Assembly: GCA_016839785.1 (NCBI GenBank)
Contig: JAEOTQ010000024.1
Span: forward strand, 1 to 44,211
Direction: 5' to 3'
DNA length: 44,211 bases
Source: Candidatus Hodarchaeota archaeon
GTDB taxonomy: Archaea > Asgardarchaeota > Heimdallarchaeia > Hodarchaeales > Hodarchaeaceae
Positions 19,098 to 28,034 of this stretch are shown here, piece by piece (positions within the stretch are counted from its first letter, which is position 1; every line of letters begins with the position of its first letter). The notes beneath the pieces were generated by a model, which worked only from the letters and a program-made list of their open reading frames with translations, was not told the origin of the DNA and did no database searches. Both the position numbers and the translations under genes were made by a program.

Positions 19098-19198
19098 TAA
19101 TTCTTTATTGGTTGTACATATTCCATTCATCTTAGCAGAAAAACAAAAAACCTTGCCCTAAAAGCTCCCCTTGAATTGTTTTTAGAGGTTTAACACAT

Positions 19199-19741
19199 TT
19201 GACCGGGCGTAAAGATCGAGTTATTGATGGTGCAAAGTCCATTCTGTTAACCAGAGGCTTTGAAGTAACTTCTGAAGTTGAGAATGAAGAGTATCATGAT
19301 ATTTTCGGCAAAAATCCAGAGGGGCAGTCTATCATTGTCCGAATACCCGAGAAAGAAGTCGTTGGTGTTCGTGAATTAAGAGAATATAAAGATGAAATCG
19401 AAGAAAAGGGCTATGATTACGCCTTACTACTCGCCTTGAATAAATATACTCACTATGCTAAAAGAGAGGCCAAAGCAGCAAATATCGAGACTTTTTCAAT
19501 AAAATTCCCCTTCTTCAATCTATTTAAACATTATCTCGTTCCTGTTCATGAGTTTGCAACTGAATCTGAAATTCAAGAATTAGAGAAGAAATACTCAATA
19601 TTTACTTATCAACTTCCCAAAATTTCGGCTGAAGATCCTGCAGTTCAACTTTTAGGAGCAAAAATTGGGGATGTATTGAAAATTAAAAGAAATAGTCCAA
19701 CTGCTGGTGAATTCTTAGTCTATCGAACAGTAGTTCCCTAA
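19199..19741 (+). CDS. rpo5: RNA polymerase subunit Rpo5/RpoH with RPB5-like N-terminal domain
   Basis: C-terminal HYLVPVHE, LPKISAEDP, GDVLKIKRNSPTAG, YRTV; about 105 extra N-terminal aa with a restriction-endonuclease-like alpha/beta pattern. Confidence 0.95.
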   Translation: MTGRKDRVIDGAKSILLTRGFEVTSEVENEEYHDIFGKNPEGQSIIVRIPEKEVVGVRELREYKDEIEEKGYDYALLLALNKYTHYAKREAKAANIETFSIKFPFFNLFKHYLVPVHEFATESEIQELEKKYSIFTYQLPKISAEDPAVQLLGAKIGDVLKIKRNSPTAGEFLVYRTVVP

Positions 19742-19918
19742 TTGAACCGCGAATTTCATTTTGAATTGAGGGTTTATATGACCAAGAACATAAAAAAGTC
19801 AATGAAGGGGGTTCAAAGTGACCTCAAACGTCTATAGATTCTCTCTAAAAGCATGATCACAGACAAGAGATACATTGAATCGTTGAATTATTATAATCCA
19901 TCATAAGAGGAATGAACA

Positions 19919-21214
19919 TTGAAAAAACTGAAAAATTCTTACGTCTTATTTTTGTTTGTCATTTTTCTAACTGCGATCGCAATTGAGGATAACAACTCAC
20001 CCTCAATGATAGCCGTGGGTGCAGTTTCTCCTACCCTCGAATCAGATATTGCGATTGGGATAGATATGGGACATAATAATAATATATCTGAAAGCCAACT
20101 TAGTAATCTTACAGCATTATTAAATGGTATATTTAGTCCAACTGAAGATGTAAAGTTTTTCAGTGACAACATAAATGAGGATGCACTTAGAACAGTTGAT
20201 GTACTCCTCGTTTTAGCTCCCACTACGTCATTTACTGATTCAGAAATTCAGGATGTAGAAGACTTCATTAAAGGTGGTAAATCAATGCTTGTCGCTACAG
20301 GGTATATGAATCAAACAACCGAGAATTCCAATGAGATTCTTGAAAGATTTGGACTTTCCTTCAATCTCTCCAGTTCTATTATACCAACTGAGGTGAGAGA
20401 AAATACAGGCATTACTGAACATTACGATTATTTAGCACGGAATTTCACAACTCCTATTACCCCAATTACTGAAAATATTTCACAAATCGAATTACCATAT
20501 GCTCTTGGAATTTCATTTAATAGTTCAAAATTGGAAACGTATGTTTCTCCTTCGATTACTTACTTTAATCCCCTCCTATTGAAAGATTCAACAGTAGAAC
20601 CATCTGAAAATAATACATTGGCATCAACTTTAGAATTTGAGAATGGTGCGCGAATTCTTACAATTGGTTCCGTCGATATGTTTAATGATACATATATAAA
20701 ACCTCTAGATAATTCAACGAGCGTTTTTCTAGATAATTCTGAATTTATAACCAATTCTATCAGATGGCTTGGACGTAATACAGGAATTATGAGTTTTTAT
20801 AACCCATGGACGAGTCTGGAAGGACAATCCGTTAAATTGGGAGTAATTATTGACGGAAACGTTACTTTGGTTAACTCTAAAAATCAGAGTTTATCTCAAA
20901 CTCAGATCTTTATTGCTTTAGAACGAACAGGAACTATTCTAGCGCAAAGAATTCTGAATGTTGATCCTTTAAATTCAACTAGGTTTTTTGGAAGTATCAA
21001 TACTGAAGGATTGAGTAGTGGTAGCTGTGATATTATCTTCATTGCTAATCGAATTGGCTATCTCCCAATTCAAGTATTCGCCAGCAGAATCTATTTAGAA
21101 AGTCCCTTCCCCTCTCCAGTTCTTCCAGATTTTGCATTGTTTGGACTCTTAATTGCAATTGTGGTTCTATTTGTATCCTCTGCTTTCCTCGTTCGAATGA
21201 ATTTGAAAGAGTAA
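19919..21214 (+). CDS. Type I membrane protein with GIFT/DUF4350-like domain; probable OST subunit Wbp1/OST48 homologue
   Basis: Signal peptide; DMGH, DVLLVLAPT, DFIKGGKSMLV, GARILTIGSVDMFND, NSIRWL; beta-rich second domain; C-terminal TM; many N-x-S/T sequons. Confidence 0.6.
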   Translation: MKKLKNSYVLFLFVIFLTAIAIEDNNSPSMIAVGAVSPTLESDIAIGIDMGHNNNISESQLSNLTALLNGIFSPTEDVKFFSDNINEDALRTVDVLLVLAPTTSFTDSEIQDVEDFIKGGKSMLVATGYMNQTTENSNEILERFGLSFNLSSSIIPTEVRENTGITEHYDYLARNFTTPITPITENISQIELPYALGISFNSSKLETYVSPSITYFNPLLLKDSTVEPSENNTLASTLEFENGARILTIGSVDMFNDTYIKPLDNSTSVFLDNSEFITNSIRWLGRNTGIMSFYNPWTSLEGQSVKLGVIIDGNVTLVNSKNQSLSQTQIFIALERTGTILAQRILNVDPLNSTRFFGSINTEGLSSGSCDIIFIANRIGYLPIQVFASRIYLESPFPSPVLPDFALFGLLIAIVVLFVSSAFLVRMNLKE

Positions 21215-21238
21215 TAATCTACTTTTTCTCTCTCTTTT

Positions 21239-21595
21239 CTAAAGAATTAAAGATTCCGCAGAGATTTCAAACGAATCAGGGAGTAATAATAAGTAATCTA
21301 AGTTACCCAAGTTCAATATTTCGAAGTCATACTGTCGAATCAAAGCATTGAGGGACTGGAGGAATCTTTTTGCTTCAAGTGATTTTGTGATACGAAATTC
21401 TCGAAAAAAAAGGACAATAACATTTTGTCTCATCATCTCTAATTCGATCTCATCACTATCCCGAATATCCTGAATGGAAATACACCTCACTCTCTGAAGC
21501 TTCCCTTTAAATTGCCGATGGAGATTATTCCGTATATTAGATATGAAAGTACTCATTTTTTTTCCCAATGATTCGGGTTCAGGATTATAGATCAT
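21239..21595 (-). CDS. SepF-like protein (divergent)
   Basis: Pattern I.DIRDSDEI...QNVIVL...L...I...EILNLG..YLLLLP.SF.I follows the archaeal SepF core; start may be the second Met. Confidence 0.6.
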   Translation of the reverse strand: MIYNPEPESLGKKMSTFISNIRNNLHRQFKGKLQRVRCISIQDIRDSDEIELEMMRQNVIVLFFREFRITKSLEAKRFLQSLNALIRQYDFEILNLGNLDYLLLLPDSFEISAESLIL

Positions 21596-21670
21596 AAGAA
21601 CTCGTAAGAGCTGTTACATCATGTTCATACTGAGTAGTACCAAGATTAGATAAAACTCATCATAACATCT
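21592..21670 (-). ncRNA. Candidate box C/D sRNA (SSU rRNA-like complementarity)
   Basis: Box C ATGATGA (21663-21657), D-type ATGA (21628-21625), C'-like ATGATGT (21622-21616); spacer contains TATCTAATC and GTACTACTCAG. The 3' end is uncertain. Confidence 0.45.
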
Positions 21671-21799
21671 AGCTCATATAATATGTTCAAACGATGTCTC
21701 CAGTCTTTTTTTTCCATCCCTAAGTCATATTACTTTGAGAAATAACGGTTCACACCCTTATTAACTGTTTTTTCTCAATGACCATAAAATAAGGTGAAA

Positions 21800-21945
21800 C
21801 GGGCCCGATGAGATTCGAACTCATGACCCCTGCGTTTCTTCAAGACGCAATATATTGTGTCTTTCCGCAGCGCAGTACTCTGTCTAGCATTGCTGTGTTC
21901 ACGAAGTAACTTCCAGCATTTAGATCCAGGCTAAGCCACGGGCCC
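21800..21945 (-). tRNA. tRNA-Arg(GCG) with two introns (D-loop 42 nt at 21882-21923; canonical 37/38 29 nt at 21836-21864)
   Basis: Acceptor GGGCCCG/CGGGCCC, T arm ATGAG-TTCGAAT-CTCAT, anticodon stem CTGCG/CGCAG; removing both BHB-like introns gives a 75-nt cloverleaf. No encoded CCA. Confidence 0.92.
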
Positions 21946-22263
21946 ATTGTGTATGCGTTTAAGTAATTCTGCTTCTATAATTGGACAAAATATTAGAATT
22001 TGAAATAGCTTTTGGATCTCAATCCATTGGAGGGATAATATACTCTCTGAAGATATAATTTCATCTTTCTTGATTTCATTAAGGATCTGAACTATCATTT
22101 CAGTTTTAATAGATTTTTCATGAATTATTGATAACTAGTGTTCGTTAAGCATAATTAAATTCCTGATGAGTAAGTTATTGTATCGAAACAAAAACAAATA
22201 AAAGATGAATTTTTGAATAAATTTTGTTAAAGGATATTTTTGAAATAACAAAGGTGTATTGAT

Positions 22264-22641
22264 ATGAAAACTCCCACATTAATAGGTACAATTGTATTTG
22301 GATTCAGTATTCTAGTCACCGCTATTGCTGTATTTCGATTAGATTTTATCTTAACTAGTGAACCTAGGGCCGAGTATTTTGAGTTATTCTTCATATGGAT
22401 TGCTGGTATTGTTGGTGGTTTTGGGATGGGATATGGCAGTCGTGAGAGTTTTGGCTACAATGAAGGAAATAATGCAACAATTATTGGAGGTATGGGATTC
22501 ATTGTGAGTGTGATTCTAGCCGTCTGGATGATGATTAATGAAACTCCTCCCTTTATGGGAATTGCTATTGCCTTTATAGGCTCAATTTTAGCCCTCATTG
22601 GCTTATACATAGTCATAGTGTCAACACAAGAATCTTATTAA
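22264..22641 (+). CDS. Four-TM membrane protein of unknown function
   Basis: Four Gly-rich hydrophobic segments; AAGGTG SD upstream. Confidence 0.8.
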   Translation: MKTPTLIGTIVFGFSILVTAIAVFRLDFILTSEPRAEYFELFFIWIAGIVGGFGMGYGSRESFGYNEGNNATIIGGMGFIVSVILAVWMMINETPPFMGIAIAFIGSILALIGLYIVIVSTQESY

Positions 22642-22726
22642 ACTTCTTTACACTCGAAGAATATTACTACAGTATTGTGACTATGGGTGGCAGAAGAATT
22701 AAGTAGGAAACCAAAGGTCTATTACC

Positions 22727-24049
22727 TCATCGATTCTGTAAAACTTCAGTAATAATTTCTACTAGGGAGGGTTTCCCCTGTTCTTCTAAATCATAAGTTA
22801 CTCTAATTGTAGGTTTTTTTATAGACAATAATCGGCCTAGATTAATTGGTGTCCCAATAACGACTGTTTCACAATCGGATGCATTGATAGTTTCCTCTAA
22901 TTCTTTCATCTGTTTTTCACCATATCCCATTGCTGGTAAAACATCTGATAAATGCTTGTACTTTTGGTAAGTTTTCTTAATGCTTCCAATAGCAAAAGGT
23001 CTTGGATCAATAATTTCCTTGGCCTTATATTGTTGTGCTGCTATATGACCCGCTCCATATTTCATTTCTCCATGTGTTAAGGTCGGCCCATCTTCAACAA
23101 CCAATACTCGTTTATTGAAAATTAGATTGGGGTCTTTTACAGTTATTGGTGAGTTAGCGATCAGAATTTTTGCCTTTGGATTAAGCTCCTTAATACTCTC
23201 CTTGAGTTTCGCAACATTTCCAGGGGGGGCTGTTGCTGCTTTGTTTATAATCACTACATCAGCACTCCGGACATTAACTTCACCTGGAAAATAAGCCCTT
23301 TCATGGCCAAGACGATGAGGGTCAGCGATAGTAATTGTAAGGTCTGCCTTGTAAAAACTCCAATCATTGTTACCTCCATCAAAAAGAATAACATCTGCTT
23401 CTTTTTCCGCTTCACGAAGAATCTCTTCAAAATCTACTCCAGCAAAAACAAGGTTTCCTTCAGTAATATGAGGTTCATATTCTTCCATCTCCTCAATTGT
23501 GCATTCATGTCTTTTCAAATCTTCATATGAGTCAAATCTTTGGCATCTCTGTTTTTCCAAGTCTCCATAAGGCATAGGATGACGGATAACTGCAACCTTT
23601 TTACCTTGCTCTCGTAAGATCTTGCCAATTTTGCGTGTAGTCTGACTCTTCCCTGATCCAGTTCTTACTGCAAGTACCGAAATCACAGGTAATGTAGATT
23701 CTATCATCGTATGTTTTGGGCCTAAAATACGAAAATCTGCACCATTTGCAAGGACTTGTGATGCTAAATTCATAACATATCCATATGATAAATCTGAATA
23801 AGCTAATATTACCTGTTCAATGTTATGAGTTATGATAAGCTTAGCTACGTCCTCTTCTGGGTATATGGGTATACCTTCTGGATAAAGGTCACCTGATAGT
23901 GTAGGGGGGTATCTCCTATCAGATATATCGGGTATTTGAGTTGCAGTAAAAGCAACGATTTCATAATTTTCATTAGTTCGAAAGTAAGTGTTGAAGTTAT
24001 GGAAATCCCTTCCCGCAGCTCCTAGTATTAGTACTTTTATCCTTTTCAA
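22727..24049 (-). CDS. COG2403 P-loop ligase (CpgS-like annotation); probable arginine synthetase ArcE
   Basis: GAAGRDFHNFN, AFTATQIP, AVRTGSGKSQT, RHPMPYGDL, DGGNND, EDGPTLTHG, LPAMGY. Confidence 0.8.
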   Translation of the reverse strand: MKRIKVLILGAAGRDFHNFNTYFRTNENYEIVAFTATQIPDISDRRYPPTLSGDLYPEGIPIYPEEDVAKLIITHNIEQVILAYSDLSYGYVMNLASQVLANGADFRILGPKHTMIESTLPVISVLAVRTGSGKSQTTRKIGKILREQGKKVAVIRHPMPYGDLEKQRCQRFDSYEDLKRHECTIEEMEEYEPHITEGNLVFAGVDFEEILREAEKEADVILFDGGNNDWSFYKADLTITIADPHRLGHERAYFPGEVNVRSADVVIINKAATAPPGNVAKLKESIKELNPKAKILIANSPITVKDPNLIFNKRVLVVEDGPTLTHGEMKYGAGHIAAQQYKAKEIIDPRPFAIGSIKKTYQKYKHLSDVLPAMGYGEKQMKELEETINASDCETVVIGTPINLGRLLSIKKPTIRVTYDLEEQGKPSLVEIITEVLQNR

Positions 24050-24377
24050 GGCAAACCTCTCTTTAATCTTGTTTGATAGGTGATTTTCAGTTTAGTTTTT
24101 TAAAATATTCTCTCTTCAATGATTATATTACAACATATAACCAAAGAAGAAGTTTAAGTTCGTCGATTCCTTCTGCAAGTCATTGGATAATATCCAGCCA
24201 TTCTATATTGGAAGTAAATAATTATTTTTTATAATAAAAATATTATTCTTGGATATTTCAAAGTAAGAAACTAAATCAGGTTATTATCGGCAATTCTCAG
24301 CCCCCTCAATGACTTCCCAGGTCGAAATAAACATCATTTTAAAAAATTCATTCTTAAACGAAAATACTAAATAACTC

Positions 24378-24734
24378 ATGAAAAAACGTCCTTCCGCTTT
24401 GTTTGGTGAACATACAATGAGTTCCGATTATAAAGGATGGGCTAATCTACCCAAATCCGTTAAAATGTTAGACATTTCACTGATTGGTTACGGAATATTA
24501 CTTATAATTTCATTCGCAATATATTTTTTCATTCTTGATCAAACTGTGCAGAATCTTATGCCAATATTTCTTGTAGCGTTATTACTACTATTTACATGGA
24601 ATTTTCGTTCCAAACTGCTCTCTCAAGCGAAGAAGGAAGTTGAAAAACGATATTTCCGAGAATGGGTAATCATCTCCATAATTCTAATCAGCATGATTGT
24701 ACTTCTCATTATCTTCTATCCAGTAACTTATTAG
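24378..24734 (+). CDS. Small three-TM membrane protein
   Basis: Three hydrophobic segments; likely start at ATG 24417 after a GGTGA SD. Confidence 0.75.
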   Translation: MKKRPSALFGEHTMSSDYKGWANLPKSVKMLDISLIGYGILLIISFAIYFFILDQTVQNLMPIFLVALLLLFTWNFRSKLLSQAKKEVEKRYFREWVIISIILISMIVLLIIFYPVTY

Positions 24735-24799
24735 TAGAATTGTTCATCCTAGCAATTAAAGATAAGACTAGCCAATCTATTCTTTAGATGAGAAATCTT

Positions 24800-24872
24800 T
24801 CACTTATGATGAGGTTATCCCCGAATGAGTTGTTTAGACAACGATGAACTCATGAAGAGCCGTCTGAAGTGA
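24800..24872 (+). ncRNA. Dual-guide box C/D sRNA targeting the LSU rRNA peptidyl-transferase centre
   Basis: Terminal stem TCACT/AGTGA; box C ATGATGA 24806-12; guide GTTATCCCCG; D' ATGA 24825-28; stem GTTGT/ACAAC; C' ACGATGA 24841-47; guide GAAGAGCCG; box D CTGA 24864-67. Confidence 0.88.
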
Positions 24873-24916
24873 TTTTCAATCATTGTACTTATTTCACCAA
24901 AGGAGTAGGACCTATC

Positions 24917-25186
24917 ATGAAGATAGATTTAATGGAAATACTAGCTTGTCCAATCTGTAAGAATGAGGAGCTTAAACTCATTATTATTGAAAAGGATAAA
25001 GAGGAAGTTGAAACAGGACTGATTACGTGTAATAAATGTTCTAGATATTATCCCATAAAGAAAACCATTCCAATCATGCTACCTGATGATTTACGAGATA
25101 TGGAAGAAGATAGAAAGTTTTTACTTTCCCATAAAGAAAAGATTCCAGATGAAGTTTTGAAAAATGGAAAGCCTGTATCACTTTAG
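24917..25186 (+). CDS. trm112: Trm112 methyltransferase activator
   Basis: LMEILACPICK...GLITCNKCSRYYPIKKTIPIMLP; ATG 24917 after an AGGAG SD. Confidence 0.93.
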   Translation: MKIDLMEILACPICKNEELKLIIIEKDKEEVETGLITCNKCSRYYPIKKTIPIMLPDDLRDMEEDRKFLLSHKEKIPDEVLKNGKPVSL

Positions 25187-25212
25187 GGATAAATTTCTAC
25201 TAAATCGTAAAA

Positions 25213-25428
25213 TTATTCTGAATCAGCGAAAATTTTGATCGCTTTAACAGGACAGACGATTTCACAAGCACGACATTCAAAGCACTTCTCTGGAGTTATA
25301 ATTGCAAGATTTCCTTTTTCTCCATTTTTAGTCTTCGGAGTTGATATGAGGATTTCTGCTGGACAGCTTTTAGTGCACTTCCAGCATAAAATACAAAGAT
25401 CCCTATCTAGCTCGATCTTTGGTGGAAT
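25213..25428 (-). CDS. 2x[4Fe-4S] dicluster ferredoxin (71 aa, apparent ATT start; not in ORF track)
   Basis: Hand translation (I/M)PPKIELDRDLCILCWKCTKSCP...CFECRACEIVCPVKAIKI; two CxxCxxCxxxCP motifs; GAGGT SD 8 nt upstream of ATT. Confidence 0.9.
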   Translation of the reverse strand: MPPKIELDRDLCILCWKCTKSCPAEILISTPKTKNGEKGNLAIITPEKCFECRACEIVCPVKAIKIFADSE

Positions 25429-25439
25429 GTTATCCTACC

Positions 25440-27503
25440 TCATTTCGTAAGTAAGTTCCTTAGCTCAATTAATACTTTGTCAATCTCGTTATTTGCTTTC
25501 CTAAGTTTATTATCATAATCGATTTTTAACTTAGCATAGGCCTCTTTTCCGATCCGACCTTGTGTCTTCTTCTTCTCTAATGATTCGATATTTAGTAAGT
25601 AATCTTCTCTACTAGCTTCAGCAACTTCAATAGATCGCATTGACAACCGTATTCGAGGATTTTTCTCCGAGAGTTTGCGTGAAACTGTAACAATTGTCCT
25701 ATCATTCTGTTGTTGTTGATTTCGGAGGATAATTTTCGTTTGTTCATATTCTCTAGCACTAATATTCTTCGATTTTCGTTTTCGATCTAACCTTAGAATT
25801 TGTTCACGAATTGCTGTTTTTTCTTCATATGATTTAACGAAACTTTTAATCATATCTAAAGGTATTTCTTCAAGTACAAGCTTGGTGGGTGTGTATCTGA
25901 ATGAGAAGTTTCTAACAAAAGCATATGCAAGACCAATTAATAAAAAGAATACTGAAAAAGTTAATGGAGTGTAAAGTTGGTTTAAGGGACTCATACCAAA
26001 TTCTATCCTCATTTGCTTGTTGCTAAGAGGGGTAATTTCTTCAAAACTAAATCGATATCCTCTACTATTAAACAATCCTAAGAAATGGTTTTTTTGAATA
26101 GCTGTAATGGAAACGGGACTTCTTAATGAACTTCTGTAGGTTGCGTCAGTAATCTTTGTTTCGGTTATTGAAGATCCGAACGGGAAAAGAAGTTCAAGCT
26201 CATATTTTTGAATTGTACAATTAAAGCTCATCGATAAGTCAGTTAATAGTTGAACTTTTCCTCCTCCGAGATTGTTAATAACCTTGGATGTTGGTTGTGC
26301 GTAAGAGAGAATGATATCATACTCTGCACCTTGTTCTATCTGAATTCTTGGTTTAAACTCAACTGATTTTTTCTGTGTCACTGGATCTGCATTTATCAGA
26401 GGAGTCATATTTCCATAATTATCAGTGATCCCAATTTTTCCTGATGAATCTGGTACATTGAATGATATTGTTGGAAAAGTGGGGCCTCCCAATGCGGTCG
26501 ATAATACGGGGCCAGATTTTAAACCTATATTCTTAATAGTTATGGTTTGTTTGGTGTACACGGTTCCCCATTCTGATACTTCGATAGTGGTCACTAAAGA
26601 TGTAAATGTCATAAAAGTCCCACTAACTTGGTAATAATCAATCGTCAAGTAATCAGTGAGATTTTGAGCAAGATTAGGGTTGTAAGAAGGAATGAAGTTT
26701 CGATCTGTAAGTGCTGTGAGGTTATAACTCCCGTATTCAGACTGATTTAACATTTCACGATCTATTGATTCTAATTCTTGGATATCCTCATACTGAAGAG
26801 TAGTTGCCTCTTGAGTAATAGTGCCAGTAAAATTGGTTTTAGTGGGGTTTAATGTATCATTATTTATTTTGATATCAACATCTGTTCCTACTCTCCATTC
26901 TAAATTGTATGAAGTTATGGGAATAGTAATAAGAGGTAAGAAACTTAAATTAAATTGGTAAGGATATTCAGTTTCCACTAGCTCATCGTTTTCATCATAA
27001 GAAATGGCATTTGGATGGTCCATATCTATGATTATTGTGACTAGTTCTTCAGAACCAATTGTAGGGAATTTAATAACAATTTCTGTTGTTTCGTTCCCAA
27101 TGTAGACATCGTATGTTGTGTTTTCTGTCGCTGTATCGTTTTCAGAGTAGATTCTGACATACTTAGAAGAATTAAACTCCATTGTTGGTAGGGTATAATT
27201 TAAGGCGTTGATGTCTTGGCTAGTATTAGTTGATATTTGAATTTCGGTTCTGGATGAAGTATACCCATATTGGTTTGCGGTTATAGTTCTATCTACGTTG
27301 ATTAGATGACTTGTGTTAGTAAATTCAGTAACATTGAAATACATTAATTCTGAGACATCAAGATTGTTTATTTTTGTATTCACTGAATCGGTGACCGTAT
27401 TCGCCTCACCAGCGTTAGCTTGGGTATCAGCGATCAAGAATGTCGAAGTGATAACTAATGCGAGTATTAAAAAACGCAAACCATTTCCTAGGATTTTCTT
27501 CAT
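25440..27503 (-). CDS. Ribophorin I (Ost1/RPN1) homologue, oligosaccharyltransferase accessory subunit
   Basis: Signal peptide; two repeated beta domains (VDRTITANQYG; TTIEVSEWGTVYTKQTITIKN; DNYGN); single TM; helical cytoplasmic tail. Confidence 0.85.
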   Translation of the reverse strand: MKKILGNGLRFLILALVITSTFLIADTQANAGEANTVTDSVNTKINNLDVSELMYFNVTEFTNTSHLINVDRTITANQYGYTSSRTEIQISTNTSQDINALNYTLPTMEFNSSKYVRIYSENDTATENTTYDVYIGNETTEIVIKFPTIGSEELVTIIIDMDHPNAISYDENDELVETEYPYQFNLSFLPLITIPITSYNLEWRVGTDVDIKINNDTLNPTKTNFTGTITQEATTLQYEDIQELESIDREMLNQSEYGSYNLTALTDRNFIPSYNPNLAQNLTDYLTIDYYQVSGTFMTFTSLVTTIEVSEWGTVYTKQTITIKNIGLKSGPVLSTALGGPTFPTISFNVPDSSGKIGITDNYGNMTPLINADPVTQKKSVEFKPRIQIEQGAEYDIILSYAQPTSKVINNLGGGKVQLLTDLSMSFNCTIQKYELELLFPFGSSITETKITDATYRSSLRSPVSITAIQKNHFLGLFNSRGYRFSFEEITPLSNKQMRIEFGMSPLNQLYTPLTFSVFFLLIGLAYAFVRNFSFRYTPTKLVLEEIPLDMIKSFVKSYEEKTAIREQILRLDRKRKSKNISAREYEQTKIILRNQQQQNDRTIVTVSRKLSEKNPRIRLSMRSIEVAEASREDYLLNIESLEKKKTQGRIGKEAYAKLKIDYDNKLRKANNEIDKVLIELRNLLTK

Positions 27504-28034
27504 TTATAATAACTCCGTATTATCTTTACAATCAATTTTAAGATCCTTTAGATTGAGCTTCTATGCAATCTTTAACTTTAATCTCTAAGTTTAAGGAATA
27601 ATACTGAATGGTTCTCGTTTTTCAGAGTGTAAAATATTTTGTTCTTGATCCAATCTGAGATTTTGTTGTCTTTCATGAATAAGAATGATTTTAAAGAAAT
27701 ATTTCATTGACTTTCATCGTACTACTACGGATCTTGACATTGATATGTCTTTTAAGGAAACTATAATTACTATTGCTTCTTTGTATAATTCTTCTATTCT
27801 TAACGATCCTTTACGGTTCATTTTTTTAATTATTTTTAGTATAAGATGAAAAAAAGCCTTAAAATTGCAATTCCTTAATATTAAGCTGTTCTCGAAATAG
27901 AAAAAAATAAATGAATCAAAAATCTCCGTTCGCCTAAGGCTGAAAACAAGTTTTTTCAAGCTAAGATGACAGCAGAATTGTATTCTATTCCTGAATGAAC
28001 TTGATAGATGGACTTAAAATTCGAGGTTTTCTTA

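Noticed and set aside
19799-19878. Possible structured RNA after rpo5 (TCAATG...CATTGA)
   Set aside because: Short stems expected by chance; no box or family motif recognised.
24869-24916. GTG extension of Trm112
   Set aside because: Overlaps the sRNA terminal stem; ATG 24917 has an SD and matches the family start.
25235-25450. Plus-strand 71-aa ORF
   Set aside because: Antisense shadow of the ferredoxin.
27714-27959. Minus-strand 81-aa ORF
   Set aside because: AT-rich and low-complexity, in the secY/ribophorin promoter spacer; no motifs.
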